From: Eledone cirrhosa
Taxonomy: Eukaryota
Direction of reading: 5' to 3'
Length of the DNA: 64,000 nucleotides
NCBI GenBank assembly: GCA_964016885.1
Contig: OZ024742.1
Span: 105,896,001 to 105,960,000, forward strand
Part shown: one piece after another, positions 43,634 to 60,154 of the stretch
How the letters are laid out: each line of letters begins with the position of its first letter
Numbering within the stretch: position 1 is the stretch's first letter
Program-made: the position numbers and the translations under genes
The notes under the pieces: generated by a model
What the model was told of the DNA's origin: nothing
The model's input: the letters and a program-made list of their open reading frames with translations, nothing else
Databases searched by the model: none

Positions 43634-44265
43634 AGGCTACGTAGCCGGTCCCGGCAAAATAGGCGTACATGCTTTTAAAGCTTATTTTACCGGTAAACCC
43701 TAAAGGGACGCAACTCTAGCCAGGGTCTCGTAAGCTTATTTTACTGCTAAATAATAAATAATTGTTTCTACTTTTGGCACAAGGCCAGCAATTATCCCAG
43801 TGTATTACTGGTACTTTATTTAATCGACCCTGTAAGGATGAAAGACAAAGTTAACCTCGGCGGGATTTGAACTTAGATCATAAAGGGCCGTAACTCTTTG
43901 CTGCAAAGCATGGCGTCAGACCCTCTACCGATACTGCCAATCCACACTGCTAAATAATAAATAATGTTTTAGAACCCAGGTCGTGACTACTATCTTTAAC
44001 CCAGGTCGTGACTTTCTGTTAAATTTCTGCAAAACTTCTTAAGCCAGTAGATGTGTGTGTAACTAAAGCGCAACGTACTTTACGAATAGATAAAACACAA
44101 GCAGAATTATAAGATGATGACTAACTGATTTAAACTTGTTTTTTAACAACTGATGGTGGAAAAGATTTCAACTTGTCTTAACTCGGGCCGCAACTCATAG
44201 TGTCTGACGCTCTTACCTTCTAAATAGCCTGGGAGTCTATTTTACCGGGACCAGCTACATAGCCT
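43634..44265. mobile_element. MITE with ~29-bp TIRs, containing a SINE (43763-43945, 20-bp TSD)
   Basis: AGGCTACGTAGCCGGTCCCGGCAAAATAG vs CTATTTTACCGGGACCAGCTACATAGCCT; SINE TSD ACTGCTAAATAATAAATAAT. Confidence 0.65.
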
Positions 44266-45034
44266 CTTCCATAAAAAAAAAGGAAAACACACATTGAAGG
44301 ATGTAGTCATATATATACTCATACCCATAAAAACATGTTTGTCGAGTCTGGAACGCCTTTGATCGTACCTGTCCTGAATTATTGATGGCCTGGGGCTATA
44401 AAACACAACAACCTCAACAACAAGCCGCCTACGTCAACACACACACTTAAATACATACGCACACATATACTTAAATACACACATATACACGCGCATACTT
44501 ACATACACACATACACATATATACATACACACTTACATACACAGACACATACATACCCAACACATCAAACCTCTTATACAGAAACCCGTGACACTGCGAC
44601 AACTTTGTTGTGTTGGACCTCCGTCAGTTACAACGACAAGGACCCCTCTTGTTCGTACAACGGAACAGCCTGCTCGTGGAATAATCGTGAAAGGTGTTGA
44701 GCATTCCTCTAACATGTGAACCCTTAACATCATTCTCAAAGATTCTGCGTGACACACAGTATGTGACAATCATAAGTACAACTTATAATTGCTGACCTTG
44801 TGCCTAAAGTAGAAACAATTATTTTTAGATAATAAATGGCCCGGAGCAACGTAAAATATAGTCTTGTTCAGGGACTTAACTTGTCCTGGGAAACAAAACC
44901 AGCAACAACAACAATAACACCAACATCAACATCAAAACCACCACCACCACCACCGCCACCAACTACCAACCACAAAACCACTATCACCAACAACGATAAA
45001 TCAACATCAACAACAACAACACCGACATCAATAA

Positions 45035-45255
45035 TAGTGATTTCTACTATAGGCGCAAGGCCAGCAATTTTGGGGGAGAGGGGGGGGGGGCGATAAATCG
45101 AACCAGTGCATTACTGGTACTTTATTTTATCGACCCCCGTAAGGATGAAAGGCAAAGCTAACTTCGGCGGGATTTGAACTCAGATCATAAAGGGGCGTAA
45201 CTCTATGCTGCAAAGCATGGTGTCCGACGCTCTACCGATACTGCCAATCTCCCGC
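45035..45255 (-). mobile_element. Full-length tRNA-derived SINE
   Basis: Family head, core and tail. Confidence 0.85.
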
Positions 45256-45841
45256 CTTACCGACACCAATAATAGTAACAAGAAAACTGACGAAAATTCC
45301 ACCATTATCATTACCACCAACAACAACGATAACACCAGGATCCACGGCCAATTTCAACAACAGCATCAACACCAAGACCAACAACAATAACCTCAGGAAC
45401 ACTACTAACAACAAGACCGACGATAACACCACCACCACTACCACCACCACCACCACCAACAACAACAATACAAGGAGCAGCACCAGCAACTACACCACCA
45501 CCAACAACACAAACAACAAGAGACTAACGAGAGTACCAACACCAAGCCACTCTCCTTATCACCCACAAACACATACTGTGATTAATACTTATACTTGGAC
45601 ACTTTATAGAGTAACATATCTCACAACTTCCTTCTTTTGCCGCTCAAACCTTTCATCTTGATAGGTTATCACTCCTAGGGTGTGAACACTCTCACCACAT
45701 ACATTTTGTAATTATTGTTATTATTACTAGTAGTAGTAATGTTATTAGTAGTTGTAGTAGTTGTTACTGTGCACAGCAAGAGTGTATAACATTCCACGGG
45801 TACCAGAGTCTACGGCAGAGTGCAAATAGAAGTAGAGCAGG

Positions 45842-45884
<43 letters not shown>

Positions 45885-46033
45885 TATATATGTATGTATT
45901 TATGTACACATACATACGGTAAAGGCCAACCACGCTAGAGACATTTCTAAATATATATTATACATTCCTCATTCGGACAAATCTGAGAGACAAATACACA
46001 GAACTCAATGTACCTCGCTTCCCACATACATAC

Positions 46034-46090
<57 letters not shown>

Positions 46091-46095
<5 letters not shown>

Positions 46096-46293
46096 AAAAA
46101 GTATGACCCCGACGGCAGAGCTCAAGCCGTTTCGACGGCTATTTCTGGACTGAATTTAGTCCAGAAATAGCCGTCGAAACGGCTTGAGCTCTGCCGTCGG
46201 GGTCATACTTTTTCCTATTTCCCACTCTACTACCCTAAGTATTGAGTACTCTGGTGCGTTATGGTCCATCTGGTTCCTTACCACAATTCTTTC

Positions 46294-46296
<3 letters not shown>
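46091..46296 (+). mobile_element. Fold-back mini-element, family D (~61-bp arms + tail) in (TA)n
   Basis: Arms 46091-46151 / 46158-46218; each carries the 3' half of an HHR (GAAA CGGC..GCCG TC GGGG). Confidence 0.85.
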
Positions 46297-46844
<548 letters not shown>

Positions 46845-47205
46845 GAGAGAGAGAGGGGGGAGAGAGAGATAGTGAATGAGTGAGGGAGAAGAGAAAGAGA
46901 AAAGAGGACGTGGGGAGAGAGATGTTCCTATAATCATAGGAATGCCGCAGAATCCGTTGTATTTGCATGATAAGTTTAATGTCTTCTTTGATTGATGCAG
47001 TTAAACCACAAGGACCAGCGGTTTAATGGCTACAACAAACGTACCAGCGAAGCTCATGAGATACTAGTGAAGGTGAATATAATTATATGAGCAGCAACAG
47101 AAACAATACATTATAACCGCAGTATATTAAACCGATAAGTTTACGAAGATATTGTGCAAGCTGGAAAATTTGAAATTTATTTGCTTTTATTATGAATAAC
47201 TTGAT

Positions 47206-47363
47206 AGAGGGTCGGACATGCTTTCCAGCATAGTTACGTCCCTTTACGATCTGAGTTCAAATCCCGCCGAGGTTAACTTTGCCTTTCATCCTTACGGGGT
47301 CGATAAAATAAAGTACCAGTAATGTACTGGGTAATTGCTGGCCTTGTGCCAAAAGTAGAAACA
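47206..47363 (+). mobile_element. SINE with 17-bp TSD
   Basis: ATTATGAATAACTTGAT at 47189-47205 and 47364-47380. Confidence 0.85.
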
Positions 47364-49166
47364 ATTATGAATAACTTGATTGGCAGACTTGTTAAAGTGT
47401 CAGATACGTGCTTAGTAGTATTTATTCTGACCCGTTACTTTCTGAGTTTAAATCCCGCCGACATGAAGTTACAGCCTTCCGAGGTCGATAAAATAAATAC
47501 CTGTATTCGATGTAATCGACTTTCCCTGCTCATTGCTGGCCTTGTGCCAAAACAAAACAAAAAATTTGAAAGCTGCAACAGTGTGTATAGTGTGTAATGG
47601 TATAACGGTTATAGGACTTTTTTCATATCCAAGGGTAATTTTACTATGTCATTATATCAATTGTGGCAGCTTTTTATAATAGAGCCAATACATTTAAAAC
47701 AGTATATTAATTTAACGCTTAAAGGAAGGGATAAATATATCTTAACGATTCGGACTGTCACCCTTCATTGGATATGAAAAATGGAAGGAGAAGAAAAAGG
47801 ACAGATGAAAATAACCACCTAAAAATGGAGGAAAAAACGTTCTACTAAATGTCAGCCACGTTAGGAAGTCGGAGAGAAAGTGATGAAGTCATTAGCCGTC
47901 GTATAGCACACTTTGAGCTCGATAAAACAAGTACCCGTCCACTACTGGAGTCGATTCTTTCTCTATGTCTCTCAATTCTCCTCTCACTCTCTCTCATATC
48001 GAGTGTGTTTGATCAAAAGAAGGGATTTGCTCCACCAGGTTGAAAAAATACCAAAGACAGCGCCACTACAACTTCCTCGGGAGTTACAAGTTCATTGACA
48101 CATAGAAACTTGCGTCCACTGGCTTCAGTCAATACTGACGAATATCATTTGGATAAAGCCTATTTGATCCGTCTGTGCCGGTTGAAATAGGCTTTATTTG
48201 ATAGCGTTAACGCAGTTTAATTCTATTGGTTTTGTCTATTATACATAGGCAGCATGGCAGAATGGTGAAGGAGTTTGCTTCGAAATCATTTGGTCCTGGG
48301 TTTGATCAGGCTGCGTAGCATCAAGTGCATTTTGTCATAACCACAGGTCGATCATTTACTGAGAGTGAAAGTGGGTATTGATGGAAACTGTTTGGAAGCT
48401 AATCAGATGGACTGTCCCTGTAATTCAAAAAGCCAACTTCTCAGAGAATCACGTATCTGTAGAATGCCCAGCCACTTACACATTAATTTCATGAGCAAGC
48501 TATTCTATTGATCAATCAACTAGAGCAAACATCGTCAAAAACCGACGGAGGTTCATTTCATTCCGATATATAGTGCGATAAAGCTACTTAATAATGCGAC
48601 TTATTATAAAATAAGTCTAACTAATTTAGATAGGTCTGAACTGGTTGACAGGTTTAAAACAACTTGAAATATTATTTCAATGTAAACTAGTTTTAAATAA
48701 TTAAAATCAGTTTAAATATAATTCATGGTAACTGTTTCTGGTGGCAAGCTAAAATTAGTGAGAGACTAGAAGCTAAATTGAAATGCAATGATGGACACAC
48801 CATCATGCGTCTAATGTGGCATTCTAGCAAGTGACTGCACCTGTTTCAGGAACTTGATTACTTGATTATGGCATAATTTTCACAATTCATATCATTGTTT
48901 ATAATCAATTTTAATGTGTATTGAATTTAAACCGGTTTTAATTGGTGACAAATAAGTTTCACTAAACCGCAACGTAGTCGAATACATCCAAAACAATTTG
49001 AAATTAAAAGTATTTAAAGCTACTTAAATTTCAGAATAAGTTAATAAAACCTAATGTACCACAATGTAATACCTTCAACTATCACACTGTTTATAAAATT
49101 AAAAGAAACAGTTTCAACAGACCAATTACACACAGCATAACTGACATTTCTTGTTTATTTCAGCAC

Positions 49167-49256
<90 letters not shown>

Positions 49257-49964
49257 GTGCGTGTGTGTGCGTGTGTGTGTCTGTGTGAGTAAGCAGACAA
49301 TGCACACAGGAAACAGTTTCCTAAGACTAACGACAGCTGCATCTCTACCTCGTCAACCACCTTGCTTGCGTGCAATTTCCCACAGTAACGTGTTATTGCA
49401 CTTGTAAGTCCAGTTTGCATAATAGATTGGAAAACCGCTCTATTGGTAAGATACATGTGAGACGCTACCAAATCAAAGAATGGACAGGAAAGTTTACGTG
49501 CATATTACGACGAAATCAGGCATAAATACATACAATTATTAAGTGTAGATACCAATGCAGAAAAAACAAAAAGATGAAAAATAATTTTGGCTTTCGTCAA
49601 TGACATATGGTTGGGTCGTGGGGCTTAACAAAAGATGTGGTGTCCTTGACCCTAGGACTACCTCCATAACAACCATCAATACAGAGTTTACTACCCGCAG
49701 GTAGGAGCCTCACGAGCTGGAATGGCTCTTCCAGCGTGTCTCCCTCGCCATCTTCCGGGGAAACGCCTTCTCTATTCCTATTTAAGAAGTTGTTGACTTC
49801 CGTAGTTTTTCTTATAGCCTATATATATATATATACGTTATTCCGGGTTGAATCGGAGGTAACCACCTCTTTTCTAGCAACCAATGACCTCTACCCATCC
49901 CACTCCCTACCCTCTCCTACCACCTGAAGAGACCTATAAATACCATATTTATTTTTTGATACCC

Positions 49965-50015
49965 AGATTCCTGATGATTTCTAAAGAATGAAACAGTTCT
50001 AGTCCTGTAGAATCT
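49965..50015 (+). ncRNA. Type I hammerhead ribozyme
   Basis: AGATTC CTGATGA T-TTC taaa GAA-T GAAA CAG ttctagtc CTG TA GAATCT; ends ~15 nt before (TA)n. Confidence 0.8.
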
Positions 50016-50027
50016 CATCTATATTAA

Positions 50028-50073
<46 letters not shown>

Positions 50074-50261
50074 AAATATGCCATACGAAGACGAAAACAC
50101 ATATAAGACAGGCAGACAAAACAAGAAAACAATGATATATATATATATATATATATATATGAAAAAATGGGGAGAAGAATACTGCAGGTTGCACATGGAT
50201 AACATGTTATAAAATGAGTCCCTCATCAGTGATTTGCCAACGATCATAGATATTTCATTGC

Positions 50262-50335
<74 letters not shown>

Positions 50336-51785
50336 TATGTATATATATATATATATCTATATTAAGTGTTTCCGTAGGAAAGGTAGAGGAAAGGAGAGTG
50401 CTCTATGCAGGATACAATAAACAACATAAGACAATTATTTCATTTACCAAAGGATTCACGAAGACAGACGAGCTCGACACAGACGTCTGAAATCGCTCAT
50501 CAGATCATTCTGTTGTTTATTACATAACTATATATATGAAAACAAACACACATCACACATATATATGTAGTCAGGAGGAAAGGGTTGTACCTATGACTTT
50601 TACAGTCACCCCTACACGACAAGTCGACAGGTGAGGTTGATAGGTCAATTTTACGTTTCACCACCTAAAATCATTTAGGGAATTCTAGATGTTCTGAGAC
50701 AGAAGAAATGGTTATTAATGGTTATTAGGACATCTAGAACGAGCTGGGGTAGGGAGAATCGCTGAATCAAAAGGAACACGTGTGACAAGTGATCCCGGGA
50801 AGGGACTATTTGTTATACAGTTAGCCATCTACGAGAAGGTGAGACCGTTCTATAAGCGAACAGAAATGGTGTATTTATCAATTATACTTCCGAATGAGGT
50901 AATATATAAGTGTGAATGAGTGCATTTTATAAAGCATAGAGCCCGACTACTATTACATATATAGGAATGTGTGCTGACTCACTCGGTGATATATTTTTAA
51001 TCATTATGTATCATGTAGACATTTTTTTTCTGGGTCATATTTTTAAGTTTATGTTCGACAAAAATATTTTTTAAAAACTTGATATCATTTAATGCTATTT
51101 TTATGTATCGTATGCAGAAAATTTGCTTCTTTTTAAAATTGCACATGCTTCATATAGTATAGGCAGTGTTTATTTATATGCATCTAACATTAATACGGAC
51201 CACTGCAAGGGTGTGTGGTTAATACGCACATACACACAAATACATATATCTGTGTTTGTTTGTATGCCTGTATATATTATAGATTTTGTTGATATTTATC
51301 GGGGAAAAGATAAAAACAACAACGAAGAAACTAAAAAAAAAACAAAAACAAAAAACAAACAAACAAAAAAAAACAAAAAAACATTCGAATGAAATTCCTC
51401 GTCGTATCTGCTTAGAACTTATATAGAAATTACATACCATTTGAAGCCTGGCAGTTTTTCCTAATATCAAAATATAAATCCCTAAATAAAAGAGAGCTAA
51501 AGAACGCGTGAAAATTATTTTAAAATCTATCTGACCTGTAAATAAGTTTAAATCTGTCCTTCATGAATTTATTATACTCTCACGGTCCTTTACGACAATT
51601 GCAAAGCATTTGAATTATATGTTACTGATATTACCATCTCATCCAGAGAATAAGGCTGTAGATGCCTCAATACGTTATACAATTAGAACCGCTAGTGATC
51701 CAAATGAAACACGAAGAACCAATAATACACACACAGACCCACACACACATACATAGATGGTGGCATTGACACACGAACAAACGTA

Positions 51786-51917
<132 letters not shown>

Positions 51918-52285
51918 GAAGAGAAAGAGAGAGGGGGAGAGAGAGAGAGAAAGTATACGGTGCTGAGACTGAGGAGACCACTAATCATGGAAGTACTCAA
52001 TGTATGGGGAGATACAGATATCACAAGCTGAAACTGCTTGGTGCCGCAGTCGGGATTTTGCGCCTCTCTCTCACTCACTATATATATATGAGAGATATAT
52101 GTGATATATCTCATATGAAATAATACAGCCAATTTTCCACACAATACAATTAGTTAGCACACCGAACGTTTAATTAGGAATATACTCACTTATTTCCTAA
52201 TGTTTGTTGAGTGAGTTGGGATTTTGCCGGAGTATCGCTATTAGCTTTCTCCGATAATGTATTTATATATATATATATATATACA

Positions 52286-52765
<480 letters not shown>

Positions 52766-52771
<6 letters not shown>

Positions 52772-53005
52772 TTATTAAAATAACAGATTAAAGTTTAAGC
52801 AAAGAATCGCTGCTTTCAGCCTTAACGGGATCTTCTGAAACTAACCAGTTAGTTTCAGAAGATCCCGTTAAGTTTGAAAGCAGCGATTCTTTTATTAAAC
52901 CTTAATCTGTTATTTTAATAAATATATGCTCTACGGTTCTTATATATTTGATATATATTTATCGAGCCCTCTTTGGATTTTAGTCTTCAAATTTATTATT
53001 ATTAC
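52766..53005 (+). mobile_element. Fold-back mini-element, family C (arms + tail); U4A HHR-like fold at 52792-52842(-)
   Basis: Arms 52766-52845 / 52848-52924; CAGAAGA in both arms; tail piece also at ~11805-11830. Confidence 0.75.
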
Positions 53006-53040
<35 letters not shown>

Positions 53041-53535
53041 GGAACCTCGTTCTTCCCCCAACTCTCACATTCACATACACACACACTCACACGTACACCT
53101 ACACACATACACAAACACCACCTTCGGCCCTCCCCGCTCGGACCCCCGCCTCCCTCTCCCAACTCCACCCGCCACCACCCCTACACGCCTCACACCCTTC
53201 CACCACTTGTTTATTTTTATTTTTATTTGTACTTCTAAAAAAATCGTTTTTTCTCCCTTTTCTCACCCCTTTTTTAAAAAATGTCTTTCCACCACTCCCC
53301 CACACACACTCGTAACTCTCTTCCTACCCACTTTTCTCCCGATGAAGGGCTTATGCCTGGAACGCCAGTCCCCCCCCCCCATCTCAAAAGCGTGAACCTA
53401 ATAAACCAATATTTGTACTGCCTCTCTGTTTTTGTTCCTGTCTAAGATTTAACTATATATATATAATAATAAATGTGAAGACTAAAATCCAAATATACTT
53501 ATATATACATACACGCATACACACACACATATATA

Positions 53536-53600
<65 letters not shown>

Positions 53601-53605
<5 letters not shown>

Positions 53606-53855
53606 GAAGGAGTTGTGGTAAGGAACCAGATGGACAATAACGCACCAGATTACTCAATAATTAGGGTAGTAGAGTGGGTAATAGGAAAAAGTATGACCCC
53701 GACGGCAGAGCTCAAGCCGTTTCGACGGCTATTTCTGGACTAAATGAGAATTTTTAGCCTGGTAAATAAATCATTTATTTACCAGGCTAAAATTTCTAAT
53801 TTAGTCCAGAAATAGCCGTCGAAACGGGTTGAACTCTGCCGTCGGGATCATACTT

Positions 53856-53859
<4 letters not shown>
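53601..53859 (-). mobile_element. Fold-back mini-element, family D
   Basis: Tail 53601-53680 (reverse); arms ~53683-53770 / ~53772-53859. Confidence 0.85.
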
Positions 53860-53909
<50 letters not shown>

Positions 53910-54256
53910 GTGGAAGGTTAGTAAAATCGAAGTTATGGCAGTTGGCCAAACCCACGAAGTAACAATTAGGGTTTGCACGAAGCACTCAATAAGAATGTAT
54001 TTATAAATCGATAAGCTACACCTTAGAATGAGTAACATACATTAAATAGCGTGACAAATTGAAAACTGTGGCTAGGGGACATAGCCACATAAGCCGCCAC
54101 AACACCGAAAATACAAAATTTAGAAGAATCAAAGTGCTGTGTGGTTACTGATAATGTGTATTTAGAAATGAAAGAAAAGCATAAACAAGAGACAGGGGTC
54201 CCCTCTTCAGTTGTCTGCTGGGGGTCTCGGACCTGTCTCTTGTTTGTGTGTTTTTT

Positions 54257-54342
<86 letters not shown>

Positions 54343-54385
54343 GAGTAAGTCAAATATGTAAAATTTGGCTTCGTTTATTATAAAT

Positions 54386-54417
<32 letters not shown>

Positions 54418-55039
54418 AGTATGTATACGTACATACATATATGTATACAAACGTACAGTAGTATGTATATATATATATACATACATGCACACATATATAT
54501 ATATATATATATGTACGTATGGATTTCCCGAACATTTATTATAATGCTCGGTTTGTTTGTAAACAAACATCCCGAATTAAGCCGTACAGTGTTTAGCAAC
54601 CATAGTTGCCCTTTTGTTCAACACTGACAAAGGAACGATGTACTAGATTCAAGCTTATTACCTATCGTCAGCACCGTATACCTTCCTGCCAGATGATTGA
54701 ACGTCTGAAAGTATATACTTACCTTATGCATATTAATGGCTGAGTAGCCTAATTTGCATATCGAGTGAGTTAATCAGCCGGGCGCACCGAAAACGATAAA
54801 TGGAAAAAAATGAAACGAAATTTCATTTCTCACTCTTAGTAGGGCTGTTACTTAAATATAAGTATGTATACGTACATACATATATGTATACAGATGTACA
54901 GTAGTATGTATATATATATATACATACATGAACACATATATATATATATGTACGTATGGATTTACATACATATATCCTGTATGGCTTAAGGGTTGCTTGT
55001 GCGGCTTATACGTACATATAAATATATGTGTGCATGTAT

Positions 55040-55840
55040 GTATATATATACATACATGCACACATATATATATGTACGTATGGCTTTACATACATATATA
55101 TATATATATACAGACGTACAGTAGTATGTATATATATACATACATGCACATATATATATATATGTACGTATGGCTTTACATACATATATATATATATACA
55201 GACGTACAGTAGTATGTATATATATACATACATGCACACATATATATATGTGTACGTATGGCTTTACATACATATATATATATACAGACGTACAGTAGTA
55301 TGTATATATATACATACATGCACACACATATATATATATATATGTACGTATGGCTTTACATACATATATATATACAGACGTACAGTAGTATGTATATATA
55401 TACATACATGCACACATATATATATATATGTACGTATGGCTTTACATACATATATATATACAGACGTACAGTAGTATGTATATATATACATACATGCACA
55501 CATATATATATATATGTACGTATGGCTTTACATACATATATATATACAGACGTACAGTAGTATGTATATATATACATACATGCACACATATATATATATG
55601 TACGTATGGCTTTACATACATATATATATACAGACGTACAGTAGTATGTATATATATATACATACATGCACACATATATATATATGTACGTATGGCTTTA
55701 CATACATATATATATACAGACGTACAGTAGTATGTATATATATACATACATGCACACATATATATATATATGTACGTATAGCTTTACATACATATATATA
55801 TACAGACGTACAGTAGTATGTATATATATATACATACATG

Positions 55841-55885
<45 letters not shown>

Positions 55886-56910
55886 GTATGGCTTTACATA
55901 CATATATATATACAGACGTACAGTAGTATGTATATATATACATACATGCACACATATATATATATATATGTACGTATGGCTTTACATACATATATATATA
56001 CAGACGTACAGTAGTATGTATATATATACATACATGCACACATATATATATATATGTACGTATGGCTTTACATACATATATATATACAGACGTACAGTAG
56101 TATGAATATATATACATACATGCACACATATATATATATATATATGTACGTATGGCTTTACATACATATATATATACAGACGTACAGTAGTATGTATATA
56201 CATACATGCACACATATATTTATGTACGTATGGCTTTACATACATATATACAGACGTACAGTAGTATGTATATATATACATACATGCACACACATATATA
56301 TATATGTACGTATGGCTTTACATACATATATATATACAGACGTACAGTAGTATGTATATATATACATACATGCACACATATATATATATATGTACGTATG
56401 GCTTTACATACATATATATATATACAGACGTACAGTAGTATGTATATATATATACATACATGCACACATATATATATATGTACGTATGGCTTTACATACA
56501 TATATATATACAGACGTACAGTAGTATGTATATATATACATACATGCACACATATATATATATATGTACGTATGGCTTTACATACATATATATATACAGA
56601 CGTACAGTAGTATGTATATATATACATACATGCACACATATATATATATATGTACGTATGGCTTTACATACATATATATATATACAGACGTACAGTAGTA
56701 TGTATATATATACATACATGCACACATATATATATATATGTACGTATGGCTTTACATACATATATATATACAGACGTACAGTAGTATGTATATATATACA
56801 TACATGCACACATATATATATATATATGTACGTATGGCTTTACATACATATATATATATACAGACGTACAGTAGTATGTATATATATACATACATGCACA
56901 CATATATATA
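55040..56910. repeat. ~86-bp minisatellite, about 21 units
   Basis: Unit CAGACGTACAGTAGTATG(TA)nCATACATGCACACA(TA)nTGTACGTATGGCTTTACATACA(TA)n; diverged units at 54420-54525 and 54860-54972. Confidence 0.95.
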
Positions 56911-57366
56911 TATGTAGGTATAAGCCGCACAAGCCGCACAAGCAACCCTTAAGCCATACAGGATAACTCCCCAAAGGTTTGGCACCACAACACCAAATGT
57001 AACAGCATCAGTAGCAACAATAACAACAACTACTGCAGCACTCTATAAAATGTACTACAACAACAACAATAATATTAACTATGATAACAACAACAACAGC
57101 TACTTTGATAGCTGTTGCAGCATCATATCACCAGCGACAGTGGTAACAACAACATGAACAACAACAACGTCAACAACAATAGCGCAGCTACAGTAATAAT
57201 AGTTGTTTATACTTTTGGCACAAGGCCATCAATTACCTCAGTGCATTACTGGTATTTTATTTTATCGACCCCCGTAAGGATGAAAGGCAAAGTTAACCTC
57301 CGCGACAAATAATGGTCCAGAAATAGCCGTCGAAACGGCTTGAGCTCTGCCGTCGGGGTTAAATAT

Positions 57367-57437
<71 letters not shown>

Positions 57438-57606
57438 ATATAGAGAGAGAGAGAGGGGGGAGAGAGGGGGGGTATGATTAAAGAAGTTGAAAAATCGGAA
57501 GTTATAACATCTCAGCGGGATTTGAACTCAGAACGTAAAAGGCCATAACTCTATGCTGCAAAGCATGGTGTTTGACGCTCTACCGATACTGCCTATGTAA
57601 CAATAA

Positions 57607-57825
57607 TGATTTCTACTATAAGCACAAGGCCAGTAATTTGGGGGAAGGGAAAAGTCGATTAAATCGACCCCCAGTACGTTACTGGTACTTTATTTTATCG
57701 ACCCCGTAAGGATGAAAGGCAAAGTTAACCTCGGCAGGATTTGAACTCAGACCGTAAAGCGACGTAACTCTATGCTGCAAAGCATGGTGTCCGACTCTCT
57801 ACCGATACTGCCAACCCACCGCCCT
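57607..57825 (-). mobile_element. Full-length SINE with 15-bp TSD
   Basis: CCTATGTAACAATAA at 57592-57606 and 57826-57840. Confidence 0.88.
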
Positions 57826-58205
57826 CCTATGTAACAATAACGACAATAAAAATAAATGATATAAAAAACAACGATGGCAACAATAACTGACAACTTTAGT
57901 AGCACCATATCAGCAGGCACAGTTATAACCACATCACGAAAAACAACAACAGCACCAACTGCACCTTAAAGTATAAATAACAATAATATCACCAACTAAT
58001 ACATCAAACAGATGAATTACCAAACAGAATAAAAGAAACGCAACAAAGCATTAAAATAATATAAAAAGCATAAAGACGTACAAATGAAACAAACATACAC
58101 AATGGTGTTTTCGTTTATTAATGTCTTCAGTAAATATTTTGAAGGTTTCGAGAGAAGCTCTATGTACTGAAGGGTTTTAAATTGATTGACTAAAGATACG
58201 TACGT

Positions 58206-58236
<31 letters not shown>

Positions 58237-58285
58237 AAATAATGAATAAAACAATGAAACAGTTCCTTATATTAAACAAAAAAAG

Positions 58286-58439
58286 TTCATTATTTAACGA
58301 TCGTTTCTAGGATATATATGTGTTAGAATTGGCATGCATATTCAACAGATCTATGTACAAAATTATACAAAATTATACAAACTATCAAAATTAAATATAC
58401 ATACCAACACATATATAAGCCGTCTTCAGAAATAATGAA
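58286..58439 (-). ncRNA. Type I hammerhead ribozyme, PLE2 3' end, very long stem II
   Basis: 10-bp stem I UUCAUUAUUU/AAAUAAUGAA, CUGAAGA, 12-bp helix UAUAUAUGUGUU/AACACAUAUAUA, GAAA CGAUCG UU. Confidence 0.8.
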
Positions 58440-59045
58440 ATATATTTATTGATAATAACAACAATTCAAAATTACAGGTCTGTTTGGGAACAGAGTTCAA
58501 ATTGACCAATGAAAATACAAAAAGTTTATACAGTTAGGTGTGTGTATATATGCAATTAACTTCGTTCACAGATATGCATAAAGATACATGTTCACATGCA
58601 TACGCATGCCAAAAAGATGTATGTAAATACAAAAATTCAAGGCTAATGTCTCTGTATGTTTATAATCTACAGATAAAATACGTATATACATATAAATATA
58701 AAAATAAATATATACACACATTCATATACTCACACATATACGTACATTCACACACACACGCACGCATACGCATAAACATACACACAACAACGAACATACA
58801 TACACACACACACCCCCACACACATATATATGTGTATATACTATTATCATAAGCATATGGACATTAATGCGCGCACATAAACACTGCCACACATATTTAG
58901 TTCCAAATACAGAAGGTAGGTGGGGGGGGGGGGAGAGGTCAGTATACACCGGTGTCAGCAGACTGCCTATTTATAAATGTATCTATAAATTTAAAAATAA
59001 AAAGAAAAGAAAGGGAAAAGAAAAAAGAAATATATCAAGAAAATA

Positions 59046-59081
<36 letters not shown>

Positions 59082-59130
59082 CACATATATATAAACAAGT
59101 AAAATATAAAATATACATCAATATACATAC

Positions 59131-59181
<51 letters not shown>

Positions 59182-59408
59182 CATATACATACATATACAT
59201 ACACATATACACAAACACATACATACACATACATAAACATACACACACCATATAAATACACATACACATACACACACGCATACATATAGAGACACATACA
59301 TATACACATATAAATACATAGACATATACACATATACACACATATATATATATACACACATACACGCATACATATATATATATATACATTCACAACACAC
59401 ACACACAC

Positions 59409-59472
<64 letters not shown>

Positions 59473-59581
59473 CTACACACATACATAAACACACTCATGT
59501 ATATACACACATACACATACATACCCACATATAAATATATATATATATATATACACACACATACATACACACATATATATG

Positions 59582-59667
<86 letters not shown>

Positions 59668-59745
59668 CATATATACACACATACATACACACACATACAC
59701 ATACACATATATAAAGATATATATACACACATACACACACATATA

Positions 59746-59784
<39 letters not shown>

Positions 59785-60122
59785 CACACATATATATATA
59801 TATATATACACTCACATACATACATACACATACATACTCATACATAGACATACATATATACTCACACACACATACACACATACATATACGCATATATACA
59901 CATACATACACATCCATATATGCGTATATACATACAAACACCACCACACACTCACACAACTCAGACATACATAAATAAAGGGATATACATACACATATAT
60001 GCATATATAAATAGAGATACATATACACATATAAATATATACACACGTACAGACACAAACACACATACATACACATACATACACACATACATATATATAC
60101 ACACACATACACATACACACAC

Positions 60123-60154
<32 letters not shown>

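Noticed and set aside
50178-50232. HHR-like CUGAUGA...CUGCAG-UA on minus
   Set aside because: GAAA degraded and stems I/II do not pair; possibly a dead copy
53335-53370. CCGATGA AGGGC..GCCT GGAA CG
   Set aside because: Two core mutations and no convincing stem I; likely a decayed HHR but unsupported
54180-54250. CUGAAGA in a small hairpin element (minus)
   Set aside because: No downstream GAAA or stem III found
55040-56910. CRISPR-like periodicity
   Set aside because: No unique spacers; plain minisatellite in eukaryotic DNA
58538-58852. Duplicated 104-aa ORF (also 63606-63920)
   Set aside because: Consequence of the inverted pseudo-LTR; low complexity
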